NCBI GenBank assembly: GCA_964016885.1
Contig: OZ024741.1
Location: forward strand, 221,712,001-221,776,000
Direction: 5' to 3'
Length of the DNA: 64,000 nucleotides
DNA from: Eledone cirrhosa
Taxonomy: Eukaryota
The notes under the pieces were generated by a model. It was given only the letters and a program-made list of their open reading frames with translations, did not search any database and was not told where the DNA came from. Numbering within the stretch: position 1 is the stretch's first letter; each line of letters begins with the position of its first letter. This document shows positions 1-15,000 of this stretch, piece by piece. The translations under genes and the position numbers were made by a program.

Positions 1-3000
1 TTCCTGATATGACTGAAGACACCCAGTCTGACCTGTAAAGTGGTCATGTTCCTGATATGACTGAAGACACCCAGCCTGACCTGTAAAGTGGTCATGTTCC
101 TGATATGACTGAAGACACCCAGCCTGACCTGTAAAGTGGCCATGTTCCTGATATGACTGAAGACACCCAGCCTGACCTGTAAAGTGGTCATGTTTCTGAT
201 ATGACTGAAGACATCCAGTCTGACCTGTAAAGTGGCCATGTTTCTGATATGACTGAAGACACCCAGTCTGACCTGTAAACTGGTCATGTTTCTGATATGA
301 CTGAAGACACCCAGCCTGACCTGCAAAGTGGTCATGTTTCTGATATGACTGAAGACACCCAGTCTGACCTGTAAAGTGGTCATGTTTCTGATATGACTGA
401 AGACACCCAGCCTGACCTGTAAAGTGGCCATGTTCCTGATATGACTGAAGACACCCAGTCTGACCTATAAAGTGGTCATGTTTCTGATATGACTGAAGAC
501 ATCCAGCCTGACCTGTAAAGTGGTCATGTTCCTGATATGACTGAAGACATCCAGCCTGACCTGTAAAGTGGTCATGTTCCTGATATGACTGAAGACATCC
601 AGTCTGACCTGTAAAGTGGTCATGTTTCTGATATGACTGAAGACATCCAGCCTGCCCTGTAAAGTGGTCATGTTCCTGATATGACTGAAGACATCCAGCT
701 TGACCTGTAAAGTGGCCATGTTCCTGATATGACTGAAGACACCCAGCCTGACCTGTAAAGTGGTCATGTTTCTGATATGACTGAAGACATCCAGTCTGAC
801 CTGTAAAGTGGTCATGTTCCTGATATGACTGAAGACACCCAGCCTGACCTGTAAAGTGGTCATGTTCCTGATATGACTGAAGACATCCAGCCTGACCTGT
901 AAAGTGGTCATGTTCCTGATATGACTGAAGACATCCAGCCTGACCTGTAAAGTGGCCATGTTCCTGATATGACTGAAGACACCCAGCCTGACCTGTAAAG
1001 TGGTCATGTTCCTGATATGACTGAAGACATCCAGCCTGACCTGTAAAGTGGTCATGTTCCTGATATGACTGAAGACACCCAGCCTGACCTGTAAAGTGGT
1101 CATGTTTCTGATATGACTGAAGACATCCAGTCTGACCTGTAAAGTGGTCATGTTCCTGATATGACTGAAGACACCCAGCCTGACCTGTAAAGTGGTCATG
1201 TTCCTGATATGACTGAAGACATCCAGCCTGACCTGTAAAGTGGTCATGTTACTGATATGACTGAAGACATCCAGCCTGACCTGTAAAGTGGCCATGTTCC
1301 TGATATGACTGAAGACACCCAGTCTGACCTGTAAAGTGGTCATGTTCCTGATATGACTGAAGACATCCAGCCTGACCTGTAAAGTGGTCATGTTCCTGAT
1401 ATGACTGAAGACATCCAGCCTGACCTGTAAAGTGGTCATGTTCCTGATATGACTGAAGACATCCAGCCTGACCTGTAAAGTGGTCATGTTCCTGATATGA
1501 CTGAAGACATCCAGCCTGACCTGTAAAGTGGTCATGTTCCTGATATGACTGAAGACATCCAGCCTGACCTGTAAAGTGGTCATGTTCCTGATATGACTGA
1601 AGACACCCAGCCTGACCTGTAAAGTGGTCATGTTCCTGATATGACTGAAGACACCCAGCCTGACCTGTAAAGTGGCCATGTTCCTGATATGACTGAAGAC
1701 ATCCAGTCTGACCTGTAAAGTGGCCATGTTCCTGATATGACTGAAGACACCCAGCCTGACCTGTAAAGTGGTCATGTTCCTGATATGACTGAAGACATCC
1801 AGCCTGACCTGTAAAGTGGTCATGTTCCTGATATGACTGAAGACATCCAGCCTGACCTGTAAAGTGGTCATGTTCCTGATATGACTGAAGACACCCAGCC
1901 TGACCTGTAAAGTGGTCATGTTCCTGATATGACTGAAGACACCCAGCCTGACCTGTAAAGTGGTCATGTTCCTGATATGACTGAAGACACCCAGTCTGAC
2001 CTGTAAAGTGGCCATGTTCCTGATATGACTGAAGACATCCAGTCTGACCTGTAAAGTGGCCATGTTCCTGATATGACTGAAGACACCCAGCCTGACCTGT
2101 AAAGTGGCCATGTTCCTGATATGACTGAAGACACCCAGTCTGACCTGTAAAGTGGCCATGTTTCTGATATGACTGAAGACACCCAGTCTGACCTGTAAAG
2201 TGGTCATGTTCCTGATATGACTGAAGACACCCAGTCTGACCTGTAAAGTGGCCATGTTCCTGATATGACTGAAGACACCCAGCCTGACCTGTAATGTGGT
2301 CATGTTTCTGATATGACTGAAGACACCCAGTCTGACCTGTAAAGTGGTCATGTTCCTGATATGACTGAAGACACCCAGTCTGACCTGTAAAGTGGCCATG
2401 TTCCTGATATGACTGAAGACATCCAGCCTGACCTGTAAAGTGGTCATGTTCCTGATATGACTGAAGACACCCAGCCTGACCTGTAAAGTGGCCATGTTCC
2501 TGATATGACTGAAGACACCCAGCCTGACCTGTAAAGTGGCCATGTTCCTAATATGACTGAAGACACCCAGTCTGACCTGTAAAGTGGTCATGTTCCTGAT
2601 ATGACTGAAGACACCCAGCCTGACCTGTAAAGTGGTCATGTTTCTGATATGACTGAAGACACCCAGACTGACCTGTAAAGTGGTCATGTTTCTGATATGA
2701 CTGAAGACATCCAGCCTGACCTGTAAAGTGGTCATGTTCCTGATGTGACTGAAGACACCCAGTCTGACCTGTAAAGTGGTCATGTTCCTGATATGACTGA
2801 AGACACCCAGCCTGACCTGTAAAGTGGTCATGTTCCTGATATGACTGAAGACACCCAGCCTGACCTGTAAAGTGGCCATGTTCCTGATATGACTGAAGAC
2901 ACCCAGCCTGACCTGTAAGGTGGTCATGTTTCTGATATGACTGAAGACATCCAGTCTGACCTGTAAAGTGGCCATGTTTCTGATATGACTGAAGACACCC

Positions 3001-6000
3001 AGTCTGACCTGTAAAGTGGTCATGTTTCTGATATGACTGAAGACACCCAGTCTGACCTGTAAAGTGGTCATGTTTCTGATATGACTGAAGACACCCAGTC
3101 TGACCTGTAAAATGGTCATGTTTCTGATATGACTGAAGACACCCAGCCTGACCTGTAAAGTGGCCATGTTCCTGATATGACTGAAGACACCCAGTCTGAC
3201 CTGTAAAGTGGTCATGTTTCTGATATGACTGAAGACACCCAGCCTGACCTGTAAAGTGGCCATGTTCCTGATATGACTGAAGACACCCAGTCTGACCTGT
3301 AAAGTGGTCATGTTTCTGATATGACTGAAGACATCCAGCCTGACCTGTAAAGTGGTCATGTTCCTGATATGACTGAAGACATCCAGCCTGACCTGTAAAG
3401 TGGTCATGTTCCTGATATGACTGAAGACATCCAGCCTGACCTGTAAAGTGGTCATGTTCCTGATATGACTGAAGACATCCAGCCTGACCTGTAAAGTGGT
3501 CATGTTCCTGATATGACTGAAGACACCCAGTCTGACCTGTAAAGTGGTCATGTTCCTGATATGACTGAAGACACCCAGCCTGACCTGTAAAGTGGCCATG
3601 TTCCTGATATGACTGAAGACACCCAGCCTGACCTGTAAAGTGGTCATGTTTCTCATATGACTGAAGATATCCAGTCTGACCTGTAAAGTGGCCATATTTC
3701 TGATATGACTGAAGACACCCAGTCTGACCTGTAAAGTGGTCATGTTTCTGATATGACTGAAGACACCCAGTCTGACCTGTAAAGTGGTCATGTTTCTGAT
3801 ATGACTGAAGACACCCAGCCTGACCTGTAAAGTGGCCATGTTCCTGATATGACTGAAGACACCCAGTCTGACCTGTAAAGTGGTCATGTTTCTGATATGA
3901 CTGAAGACACCCAGCCTGACCTGTAAAGTGGCCATGTTCCTGATATGACTGAAGACACCCAGTCTGACCTGTAAAGTGGTCATGTTTCTGATATGACTGA
4001 AGACATCCAGCCTGACCTGTAAAGTGGTCATGTTCCTGATATGACTGAAGACATCCAGCCTGACCTGTAAAGTAGTCATGTTCCTGATATGACTGAAGAC
4101 ACCCAGCCTGACCTGTAAAGTGGCCATGTTCCTGATATGAATGAAGACACCCAGTCTGACCTGTCAAGTGGTCATGTTCCTGATATGACTGAAGACACCC
4201 AGCCTGACCTGTAAAGTGGTCATGTTTCTGATATGACTGAAGACACCCAGTCTGACCTGTAAATTGGTCATGTTCCTGATATGACTGAAGACACCCAGTC
4301 TGACCTGTAAAGTGGTCATGTTCCTGATATGACTGAAGACACCCAGCCTGACCTGTAAAGTGGTCATGTTCCTGATATGACTGAAGACACCCAGCCTGAC
4401 CTGTAAAGTGGCCATGTTCCTGATATGACTGAAGACACCCAGCCTGACCTGTAAAGTGGTCATGTTTCTGATATGACTGAAGACATCCAGTCTGACCTGT
4501 AAAGTGGCCATGTTTCTGATATGACTGAAGACACCCAGTCTGACCTGTAAAGTGGTCATGTTTCTGATATGACTGAAGACACCCAGCCTGACCTGTAAAG
4601 TGGTCATGTTTCTGATATGACTGAAGACACCCAGTCTGACCTGTAAAGTGGTCATGTTTCTGATATGACTGAAGACACCCAGCTTGACCTGTAAAGTGGC
4701 CATGTTCCTGATATGACTGAAGACACCCAGTCTGACCTATAAAGTGGTCATGTTTCTGATATGACTGAAGACATCCAGCCTGACCTGTAAAGTGGTCATG
4801 TTCCTGATATGACTGAAGACATCCAGCCTGACCTGTAAAGTGGTCATGTTCCTGATATGACTGAAGACACCCAGTCTGACCTGTAAAGTGGTCATGTTTC
4901 TGATATGACTGAAGACATCCAGCCTGACCTGTAAAGTGGTCATGTTCCTGATATGACTGAAGACACCCAGTCTGACCTGTAAAGTGGTCATGTTCCTGAT
5001 ATGACTGAAGACACCCAGTCTGACCTGTAAAGTGGTCATGTTCCTGATATGACTGAAGACACCCAGTCTGACCTGTAAAGTGGTCATGTTCCTGATATGA
5101 CTGAAGACACCCAGTCTGACCTGTAAAGTGGTCATGTTCCTGATATGACTGAAGACACCCAGTCTGACCTGTAAAGTGGTCATGTTCCTGATATGACTGA
5201 AGACATCCAGCCTGACCTGTAAAGTGGTCATGTTTCTGATATGACTGAAGACATCCAGCCTGACCTGTAAAGTGGTCATGTTCCTGATATGACTGAAGAC
5301 ATCCAGCTTGACCTGTAAAGTGGCCATGTTCCTGATATGACTGAAGACACCCAGTCTGACCTGTAAAGTGGTCATGTTCCTGATATGACTGAAGACACCC
5401 AGCCTGACCTGTAAAGTGGTCATGTTTCTGATATGACTGAAGACATCCAGTCTGACCTGTAAAGTGGTCATGTTCCTGATATGACTGAAGACATCCAGCT
5501 TGACCTGTAACGTGGCCATGTTCCTGATATGACTGAAGACACCCAGCCTGACCTGTAAAGTGGTCATGTTCCTGATATGACTGAAGACATCCAGCCTGAC
5601 CTGTAAAGTGGTCATGTTCCTGATATGACTGAAGACACCCAGCCTGACCTGTAAAGTGGTCATGTTCCTGATATGACTGAAGACATCCAGCCTGACCTGT
5701 AAAGTGGTCATGTTCCTGATATGACTGAAGACATCCAGCCTGACCTGTAAAGTGGCCATGTTCCTGATATGACTGAAGACACCCAGCCTGACCTGTAAAG
5801 TGGTCATGTTCCTGATATGACTGAAGACATCCAGCCTGACCTGTAAAGTGGTCATGTTCCTGATATGACTGAAGACATCCAGCCTGACCTGTAAAGTGGT
5901 CATGTTCCTGATATGACTGAAGACACCCAGTCTGACCTGTAAAGTGGTCATGTTCCTGATATGACTGAAGACATCCAGCCTGACCTGTAAAGTGGTCATG

Positions 6001-9000
6001 TTCCTGATATGACTGAAGACATCCAGCCTGACCTGTAAAGTGGTCATGTTCCTGATATGACTGAAGACATCCAGCCTGACCTGTAAAGTGGCCATGTTCC
6101 TGATATGACTGAAGACACCCAGCCTGACCTGTAAAGTGGTCATGTTCCTGATATGACTGAAGACACCCAGTCTGACCTGTAAAGTGGCCATGTTCCTGAT
6201 ATGACTGAAGACATCCAGTCTGACCTGTAAAGTGGCCATGTTCCTGATATGACTGAAGACACCCAGCCTGACCTGTAAAGTGGCCATGTTCCTGATATGA
6301 CTGAAGACACCCAGTCTGACCTGTAAAGTGGCCATGTTTCTGATATGACTGAAGACACCCAGTCTGACCTGTAAAGTGGTCATGTTCCTGATATGACTGA
6401 AGACACCCAGTCTGACCTGTAAAGTGGCCATGTTCCTGATATGACTGAAGACACCCAGCCTGACCTGTAATGTGGTCATGTTTCTGATATGACTGAAGAC
6501 ACCCAGTCTGACCTGTAAAGTGGTCATGTTCCTGATATGACTGAAGACACCCAGTCTGACCTGTAAAGTGGCCATGTTCCTGATATGACTGAAGACATCC
6601 AGCCTGACCTGTAAAGTGGTCATGTTCCTGATATGACTGAAGACACCCAGCCTGACCTGTAAAGTGGCCATGTTACTGATATGACTGAAGACACCCAGCC
6701 TGACCTGTAAAGTGGCCATGTTCCTAATATGACTGAAGACACCCAGTCTGACCTGTAAAGTGGTCATGTTCCTGATATGACTGAAAACACCCAGCCTGAC
6801 CTGTAAAGTGGTCATGTTTCTGATATGACTGAAGACACCCAGCCTGACCTGTAAAGTGGTCATGTTTCTGATATGACTGAAGACACCCAGACTGACCTGT
6901 AAAGTGGTCATGTTTCTGATATGACTGAAGACACCCAGCCTGACCTGTAAAGTGGTCATGTTTCTGATATGACTGAAGACACCCAGCCTGACCTGTAAAG
7001 TGGTCATGTTTCTGATATGACTGAAGACACCCAGACTGACCTGTAAAGTGGTCATGTTTCTGATATGACTGAAGACATCCAGCCTGACCTGTAAAGTGGT
7101 CATGTTCCTGATGTGACTGAAGACACCCAGTCTGACCTGTAAAGTGGTCATGTTCCTGATATGACTGAAGACACCCAGCCTGACCTGTAAAGTGGTCATG
7201 TTTCTGATATGACTGAAGACACCCAGTCTGACCTGTAAATTGGTCATGTTCCTGATATGACTGAAGACACCCAGTCTGACCTGTAAAGTGGTCATGTTCC
7301 TGATATGACTGAAGACACCCAGCCTGACCTGTAAAGTGGTCATGTTCCTGATATGACTGAAGACACCCAGCCTGACCTGTAAAGTGGCCATGTTCCTGAT
7401 ATGACTGAAGACACCCAGCCTGACCTGTAAAGTGGTCATGTTTCTGATATGACTGAAGACATCCAGTCTGACCTGTAAAGTGGCCATGTTTCTGATATGA
7501 CTGAAGACACCCAGTCTGACCTGTAAACTGGTCATGTTTCTGATATGACTGAAGACACCCAGCCTGACCTGCAAAGTGGTCATGTTTCTGATATGACTGA
7601 AGACACCCAGTCTGACCTGTAAAGTGGTCATGTTTCTGATATGACTGAAGACACCCAGCCTGACCTGTAAAGTGGCCATGTTCCTGATATGACTGAAGAC
7701 ACCCAGTCTGACCTATAAAGTGGTCATGTTTCTGATATGACTGAAGACATCCAGCCTGACCTGTAAAGTGGTCATGTTCCTGATATGACTGAAGACATCC
7801 AGCCTGACCTGTAAAGTGGTCATGTTCCTGATATGACTGAAGACATCCAGTCTGACCTGTAAAGTGGTCATGTTTCTGATATGACTGAAGACATCCAGCC
7901 TGCCCTGTAAAGTGGTCATGTTCCTGATATGACTGAAGACATCCAGCTTGACCTGTAAAGTGGCCATGTTCCTGATATGACTGAAGACACCCAGCCTGAC
8001 CTGTAAAGTGGTCATGTTTCTGATATGACTGAAGACATCCAGTCTGACCTGTAAAGTGGTCATGTTCCTGATATGACTGAAGACACCCAGCCTGACCTGT
8101 AAAGTGGTCATGTTCCTGATATGACTGAAGACATCCAGCCTGACCTGTAAAGTGGTCATGTTCCTGATATGACTGAAGACATCCAGCCTGACCTGTAAAG
8201 TGGCCATGTTCCTGATATGACTGAAGACACCCAGCCTGACCTGTAAAGTGGTCATGTTCCTGATATGACTGAAGACATCCAGCCTGACCTGTAAAGTGGT
8301 CATGTTCCTGATATGACTGAAGACATCCAGCCTGACCTGTAAAGTGGTCATGTTCCTGATATGACTGAAGACATCCAGCCTGACCTGTAAAGTGGTCATG
8401 TTCCTGATATGACTGAAGACATCCAGCCTGACCTGTAAAGTGGTCATGTTCCTGATATGACTGAAGACATCCAGTCTGACCTGTAAAGTGGTCATGTTCC
8501 TGATACGACTGAAGACATCAATCCTGACCTGTAAAGTGGCCATGTTCCTGATGTGACTGAAGACACCCAGCCTGACCTGTAAAGTGGTCATGTTCCTGAT
8601 ATGACTGAAGACATCCAGCCTGACCTGTAAAGTGGTCATGTTCCTGATATGACTGAAGACATCCAGCCTGACCTGTAAAGTGGCCATGTTCCTGATATGA
8701 CTGAAGACACCCAGCCTGACCTGTAAAGTGGTCATGTTCCTGATATGACTGAAGACACCCAGTCTGACCTGTAAAGTGGCCATGTTCCTGATATGACTGA
8801 AGACATCCAGTCTGACCTGTAAAGTGGCCATGTTCCTGATATGACTGAAGACACCCAGCCTGACCTGTAAAGTGGCCATGTTCCTGATATGACTGAAGAC
8901 ACCCAGTCTGACCTGTAAAGTGGCCATGTTTCTGATATGACTGAAGACACCCAGTCTGACCTGTAAAGTGGTCATGTTCCTGATATGACTGAAGACACCC

Positions 9001-12000
9001 AGTCTGACCTGTAAAGTGGCCATGTTCCTGATATGACTGAAGACACCCAGCCTGACCTGTAATGTGGTCATGTTTCTGATATGACTGAAGACACCCAGTC
9101 TGACCTGTAAAGTGGTCATGTTCCTGATATGACTGAAGACACCCAGTCTGACCTGTAAAGTGGCCATGTTCCTGATATGACTGAAGACATCCAGCCTGAC
9201 CTGTAAAGTGGTCATGTTCCTGATATGACTGAAGACACCCAGCCTGACCTGTAAAGTGGCCATGTTCCTGATATGACTGAAGACACCCAGCCTGACCTGT
9301 AAAGTGGCCATGTTCCTAATATGACTGAAGACACCCAGTCTGACCTGTAAAGTGGTCATGTTCCTGATATGACTGAAAACACCCAGCCTGACCTGTAAAG
9401 TGGTCATGTTTCTGATATGACTGAAGACACCCAGCCTGACCTGTAAAGTGGTCATGTTTCTGATATGACTGAAGACACCCAGACTGACCTGTAAAGTGGT
9501 CATGTTTCTGATATGACTGAAGACACCCAGCCTGACCTGTAAAGTGGTCATGTTTCTGATATGACTGAAGACACCCAGCCTGACCTGTAAAGTGGTCATG
9601 TTTCTGATATGACTGAAGACACCCAGACTGACCTGTAAAGTGGTCATGTTTCTGATATGACTGAAGACATCCAGCCTGACCTGTAAAGTGGTCATGTTCC
9701 TGATGTGACTGAAGACACCCAGTCTGACCTGTAAAGTGGTCATGTTCCTGATATGACTGAAGACACCCAGCCTGACCTGTAAAGTGGTCATGTTCCTGAT
9801 AGGACTGAAGACACCCAGCCTGACCTGTAAAGTGGCCATGTTCCTGATATGACTGAAGACACCCAGCCTGACCTGTAAGGTGGTCATGTTTCTGATATGA
9901 CTGAAGACATCCAGTCTGACCTGTAAAGTGGCCATGTTTCTGATATGACTGAAGACATCCAGTCTGACCTGTAAAGTGGTCATGTTTCTGATATGACTGA
10001 AGACACCCAGTCTGACCTGTAAAGTGGTCATGTTTCTGATATGACTGAAGACACCCAGTCTGACCTGTAAAATGGTCATGTTTCTGATATGACTGAAGAC
10101 ACCCAGCCTGACCTGTAAAGTGGCCATGTTCCTGATATGACTGAAGACACCCAGTCTGACCTGTAAAGTGGTCATGTTTCTGATATGACTGAAGACACCC
10201 AGCCTGACCTGTAAAGTGGCCATGTTCCTGATATGACTGAAGACACCCAGTCTGACCTGTAAAGTGGTCATGTTTCTGATATGACTGAAGACATCCAGCC
10301 TGACCTGTAAAGTGGTCATGTTCCTGATATGACTGAAGACATCCAGCCTGACCTGTAAAGTGGTCATGTTCCTGATATGACTGAAGACATCCAGCCTGAC
10401 CTGTAAAGTGGTCATGTTCCTGATATGACTGAAGACATCCAGCCTGACCTGTAAAGTGGTCATGTTCCTGATATGACTGAAGACACCCAGTCTGACCTGT
10501 AAAGTGGTCATGTTCCTGATATGACTGAAGACACCCAGCCTGACCTGTAAAGTGGCCATGTTCCTGATATGACTGAAGACACCCAGCCTGACCTGTAAAG
10601 TGGTCATGTTTCTCATATGACTGAAGACATCCAGTCTGACCTGTAAAGTGGCCATATTTCTGATATGACTGAAGACACCCAGTCTGACCTGTAAAGTGGT
10701 CATGTTTCTGATATGACTGAAGACACCCAGTCTGACCTGTAAAGTGGTCATGTTTCTGATATGACTGAAGACACCCAGACTGACCTGTAAAGTGGCCATG
10801 TTCCTGATATGACTGAAGACACCCAGTCTGACCTGTAAAGTGGTCATGTTTCTGATATGACTGAAGACACCCAGCCTGACCTGTAAAGTGGCCATGTTCC
10901 TGATATGACTGAAGACACCTAGTCTGACCTGTAAAGTGGTCATGTTTCTGATATGACTGAAGACATCCAGCCTGACCTGTAAAGTGGTCATGTTCCTGAT
11001 ATGACTGAAGACATCCAGCCTGACCTGTAAAGTGGTCATGTTCCTGATATGACTGAAGACATCCAGCCTGACCTGTAAAGTGGTCATGTTCCTGATATGA
11101 CTGAAGACACCCAGTCTGACCTGTAAAGTGGTCATGTTTCTGATATGACTGGAGACATCCAGCCTGACCTGTAAAGTGGTCATGTTTCTGATATGACTGA
11201 AGAAATCCAGCCTGACCTGTAAAGTGGTCATGTTCCTGATATGACTGAAGACATCCAGCCTGACCTGTAAAGTGGTCATGTTCCTGATATGACTGAAGAC
11301 ATCCAGTCTGACCTGTAAAGTGGCCATGTTCCTGATATGACTGAAGACACCCAGCCTGACCTGTAAAGTGGCCATGTTCCTGATATGACTGAAGACACCC
11401 AGCCTGACCTGTAAAGTGACCATGTTCCTGATATGACTGAAGACACCCAGCCTGACCTGTAAAGTGGCCATGTTCCTGATATGACTGAAGACATCCAGTC
11501 TGACCTGTAAAGTGGCCATATTTCTGATATGACTGAAGACACCCAGTCTGACCTGTAAAGTGGTCATGTTTCTGATATGACTGAAGACACCCAGTCTGAC
11601 CTGTAAAGTGGTCATGTTTCTGATATGACTGAAGACACCCAGCCTGACCTGTAAAGTGGCCATGTTCCTGATATGACTGAAGACACCCAGCCTGACCTGT
11701 AAAGTGGTCATGTTTCTCATATGACTGAAGACATCCAGTCTGACCTGTAAAGTGGCCATATTTCTGATATGACTGAAGACACCCAGTCTGACCTGTAAAG
11801 TGGTCATGTTTCTGATATGACTGAAGACACCCAGTCTGACCTGTAAAGTGGTCATGTTTCTGATATGACTGAAGACACCCAGCCTGACCTGTAAAGTGGC
11901 CATGTTCCTGATATGACTGAAGACACCCAGTCTGACCTGTAAAGTGGTCATGTTTCTGATATGACTGAAGACACCCAGCCTGACCTGTAAAGTGGCCATG

Positions 12001-15000
12001 TTCCTGATATGGCTGAAGACATCCAGCCTGACCTGTAAAGTGGTCATGTTCCTTATATGACTGAAGACACCCAGCCTGACCTGTAAAGTGGTCATGTTCC
12101 TGATATGACTGAAGACACCCAGCCTGACCTGTAAAGTGGCCATATTTCTGATATGACTGAAGACACCCAGTCTGACCTGTAAAGTGGTCATGTTTCTGAT
12201 ATGACTGAAGACACCCAGTCTGACCTGTAAAGTGGTCATGTTTCTGATATGACTGAAGACACCCAGTCTGACCTGTAAAGTGGTCATGTTTCTGATATGA
12301 CTGAAGACACCCAGTCTGACCTGTAAAGTGGTCATGTTTCTGATATGAATGAAGACACCCAGTCTGACCTGTAAAGTGGTCATGTTTCTGTTATGACTGA
12401 AGACACCCAGTCTGACCTGTAAAGTGGTCATGTTTCTGATATGACTGAAGACACCCAGTCTGACCTGTAAAGTGGTCATGTTTCTGATATGACTGAAGAC
12501 ACCCAGTCTGACCTGTAAAGTGGTCATGTTCCTGATATGACTGAAGACATCCAGCCTGACCTGTAAAGTGGTCATGTTCCTGATATGACTGAAGACATCC
12601 AGCCTGACCTGTAAAGTGGTCATGTTCCTGATATGACTGAAGACACCCAGCCTGACCTGTAAAGTGGTCATGTTCCTGATATGACTGAAGACACCCAGCC
12701 TGACCTGTAAAGTGGCCATGTTCCTGATATGACTGAAGACACCCAGCCTGACCTGTAAAGTGGTCATGTTTCTCATATGACTGAAGACATCCAGTCTGAC
12801 CTGTAAAGTGGCCATATTTCTGATATGACTGAAGACACCCAGTCTGACCTGTAAAGTGGTCATGTTTCTGATATGACTGAAGACACCCAGTCTGACCTGT
12901 AAAGTGGTCATGTTTCTGATATGACTGAAGACACCCAGTCTGACCTGTAAAGTGGTCATGTTTCTGATATGACTGAAGACACCCAGTCTGACCTGTAAAG
13001 TGGTCATGTTTCTGATATGACTGAAGACACCCAGCCTGACCTGTAAAGTGGCCATGTTCCTGATATGACTGAAGACACCCAGTCTGACCTGTAAAGTGGT
13101 CATGTTTCTGATATGACTGAAGACACCCAGCCTGACCTGTAAAGTGGCCATGTTCCTGATATGGCTGAAGACACCCAGTCTGACCTGTAAAGTGGTCATG
13201 TTTCTGATATGACTGAAGACATCCAGCCTGACCTGTAAAGTGGTCATGTTCCTGATATGACTGAAGACATCCAGCCTGACCTGTAAAGTGGTCATGTTCC
13301 TGATATGACTGAAGACATCCAGCCTGACCTGTAAAGTGGTCATGTTCCTGATATGACTGAAGACATCCAGCCTGACCTGTAAAGTGGTCATGTTCCTGAT
13401 ATGACTGAAGACATCCAGCCTGACCTGTAAAGTGGTCATGTTCCTGATATGACTGAAGACATCCAGCCTGACCTGTAAAGTGGTCATGTTCCTGATATGA
13501 CTGAAGACATCCAGCCTGACCTGTAAAGTGGTCATGTTCCTGATATGACTGAAGACACCCAGTCTGACCTGTAAAGTGGTCATGTTCCTGATATGACTGA
13601 AGACACCCAGCCTGACCTGTAAAGTGGCCATGTTCCTGATATGACTGAAGACACCCAGCCTGACCTGTAAAGTGGTCATGTTTCTCATATGACTGAAGAC
13701 ATCCAGTCTGACCTGTAAAGTGGCCATATTTCTGATATGACTGAAGACACCCTGTCTGACCTGTAAAGTGGTCATGTTTCTGATATGACTGAAGACACCC
13801 AGCCTGACCTGTAAAGTGGCCATGTTCCTGATTTGACTGAAGACACCCAGTCTGACCTGTAAAGTGGTCATGTTTCTGATATGACTGAAGACACCCAGCC
13901 TGACCTGTAAAGTGGCCATGTTCCTGATATGACTGAAGACACCCAGTCTGACCTGTAAAGTGGTCATGTTTCTGATATGACTGAAGACATCCAGCCTGAC
14001 CTGTAAAGTGCTCATGTTCCTGATATGACTGAAGACATCCAGCCTGACCTGTAAAGTGGTCATGTTCCTGATATGACTGAAGACATCCAGCCTGACCTGT
14101 AAAGTGGTCATGTTCCTGATATGACTGAAGACACCCAGTCTGACCTGTAAAGTGGCCATGTTTCTGATATGACTGAAGACACCCAGTCTGACCTGTAAAG
14201 TGGTCATGTTTCTCATATGACTGAAGACATCCAGTCTGACCTGTAAAGTGGCCATATTTCTGATATGACTGAAGACACCCAGTCTGACCTGTAAAGTGGT
14301 CATGTTTCTGATATGACTGAAGACACCCAGTCTGACCTGTAAAGTGGTCATGTTTCTGATATGACTGAAGACACCCAGTCTGACCTGTAAAGTGGTCATG
14401 TTTCTGATATGACTGAAGACACCCAGTCTGACCTGTAAAGTGGTCATGTTTCTGATATGAATGAAGACACCCAGTCTGACCTGTAAAGTGGTCATGTTTC
14501 TGATATGACTGAAGACACCCAGTCTGACCTGTAAAGTGGTCATGTTTCTGATATGACTGAAGACACCCAGTCTGACCTGTAAAGTGGTCATGTTTCTGAT
14601 ATGACTGAAGATACCCAGTCTGACCTGTAAAGTGGTCATGTTCCTGATATGACTGAAGACATCCAGCCTGACCTGTAAAGTGGTCATGTTCCTGATATGA
14701 CTGAAGACATCCAGCCTGACCTGTAAAGTGGTCATGTTCCTGATATGACTGAAGACACCCAGCCTGACCTGTAAAGTGGTCATGTTCCTGATATGACTGA
14801 AGACACCCAGCCTGACCTGTAAAGTGGCCATGTTCCTGATATGACTGAAGACACCCAGCCTGACCTGTAAAGTGGTCATGTTTCTCATATGACTGAAGAC
14901 ATCCAGTCTGACCTGTAAAGTGGCCATATTTCTGATATGACTGAAGACACCCAGTCTGACCTGTAAAGTGGTCATGTTTCTGATATGACTGAAGACACCC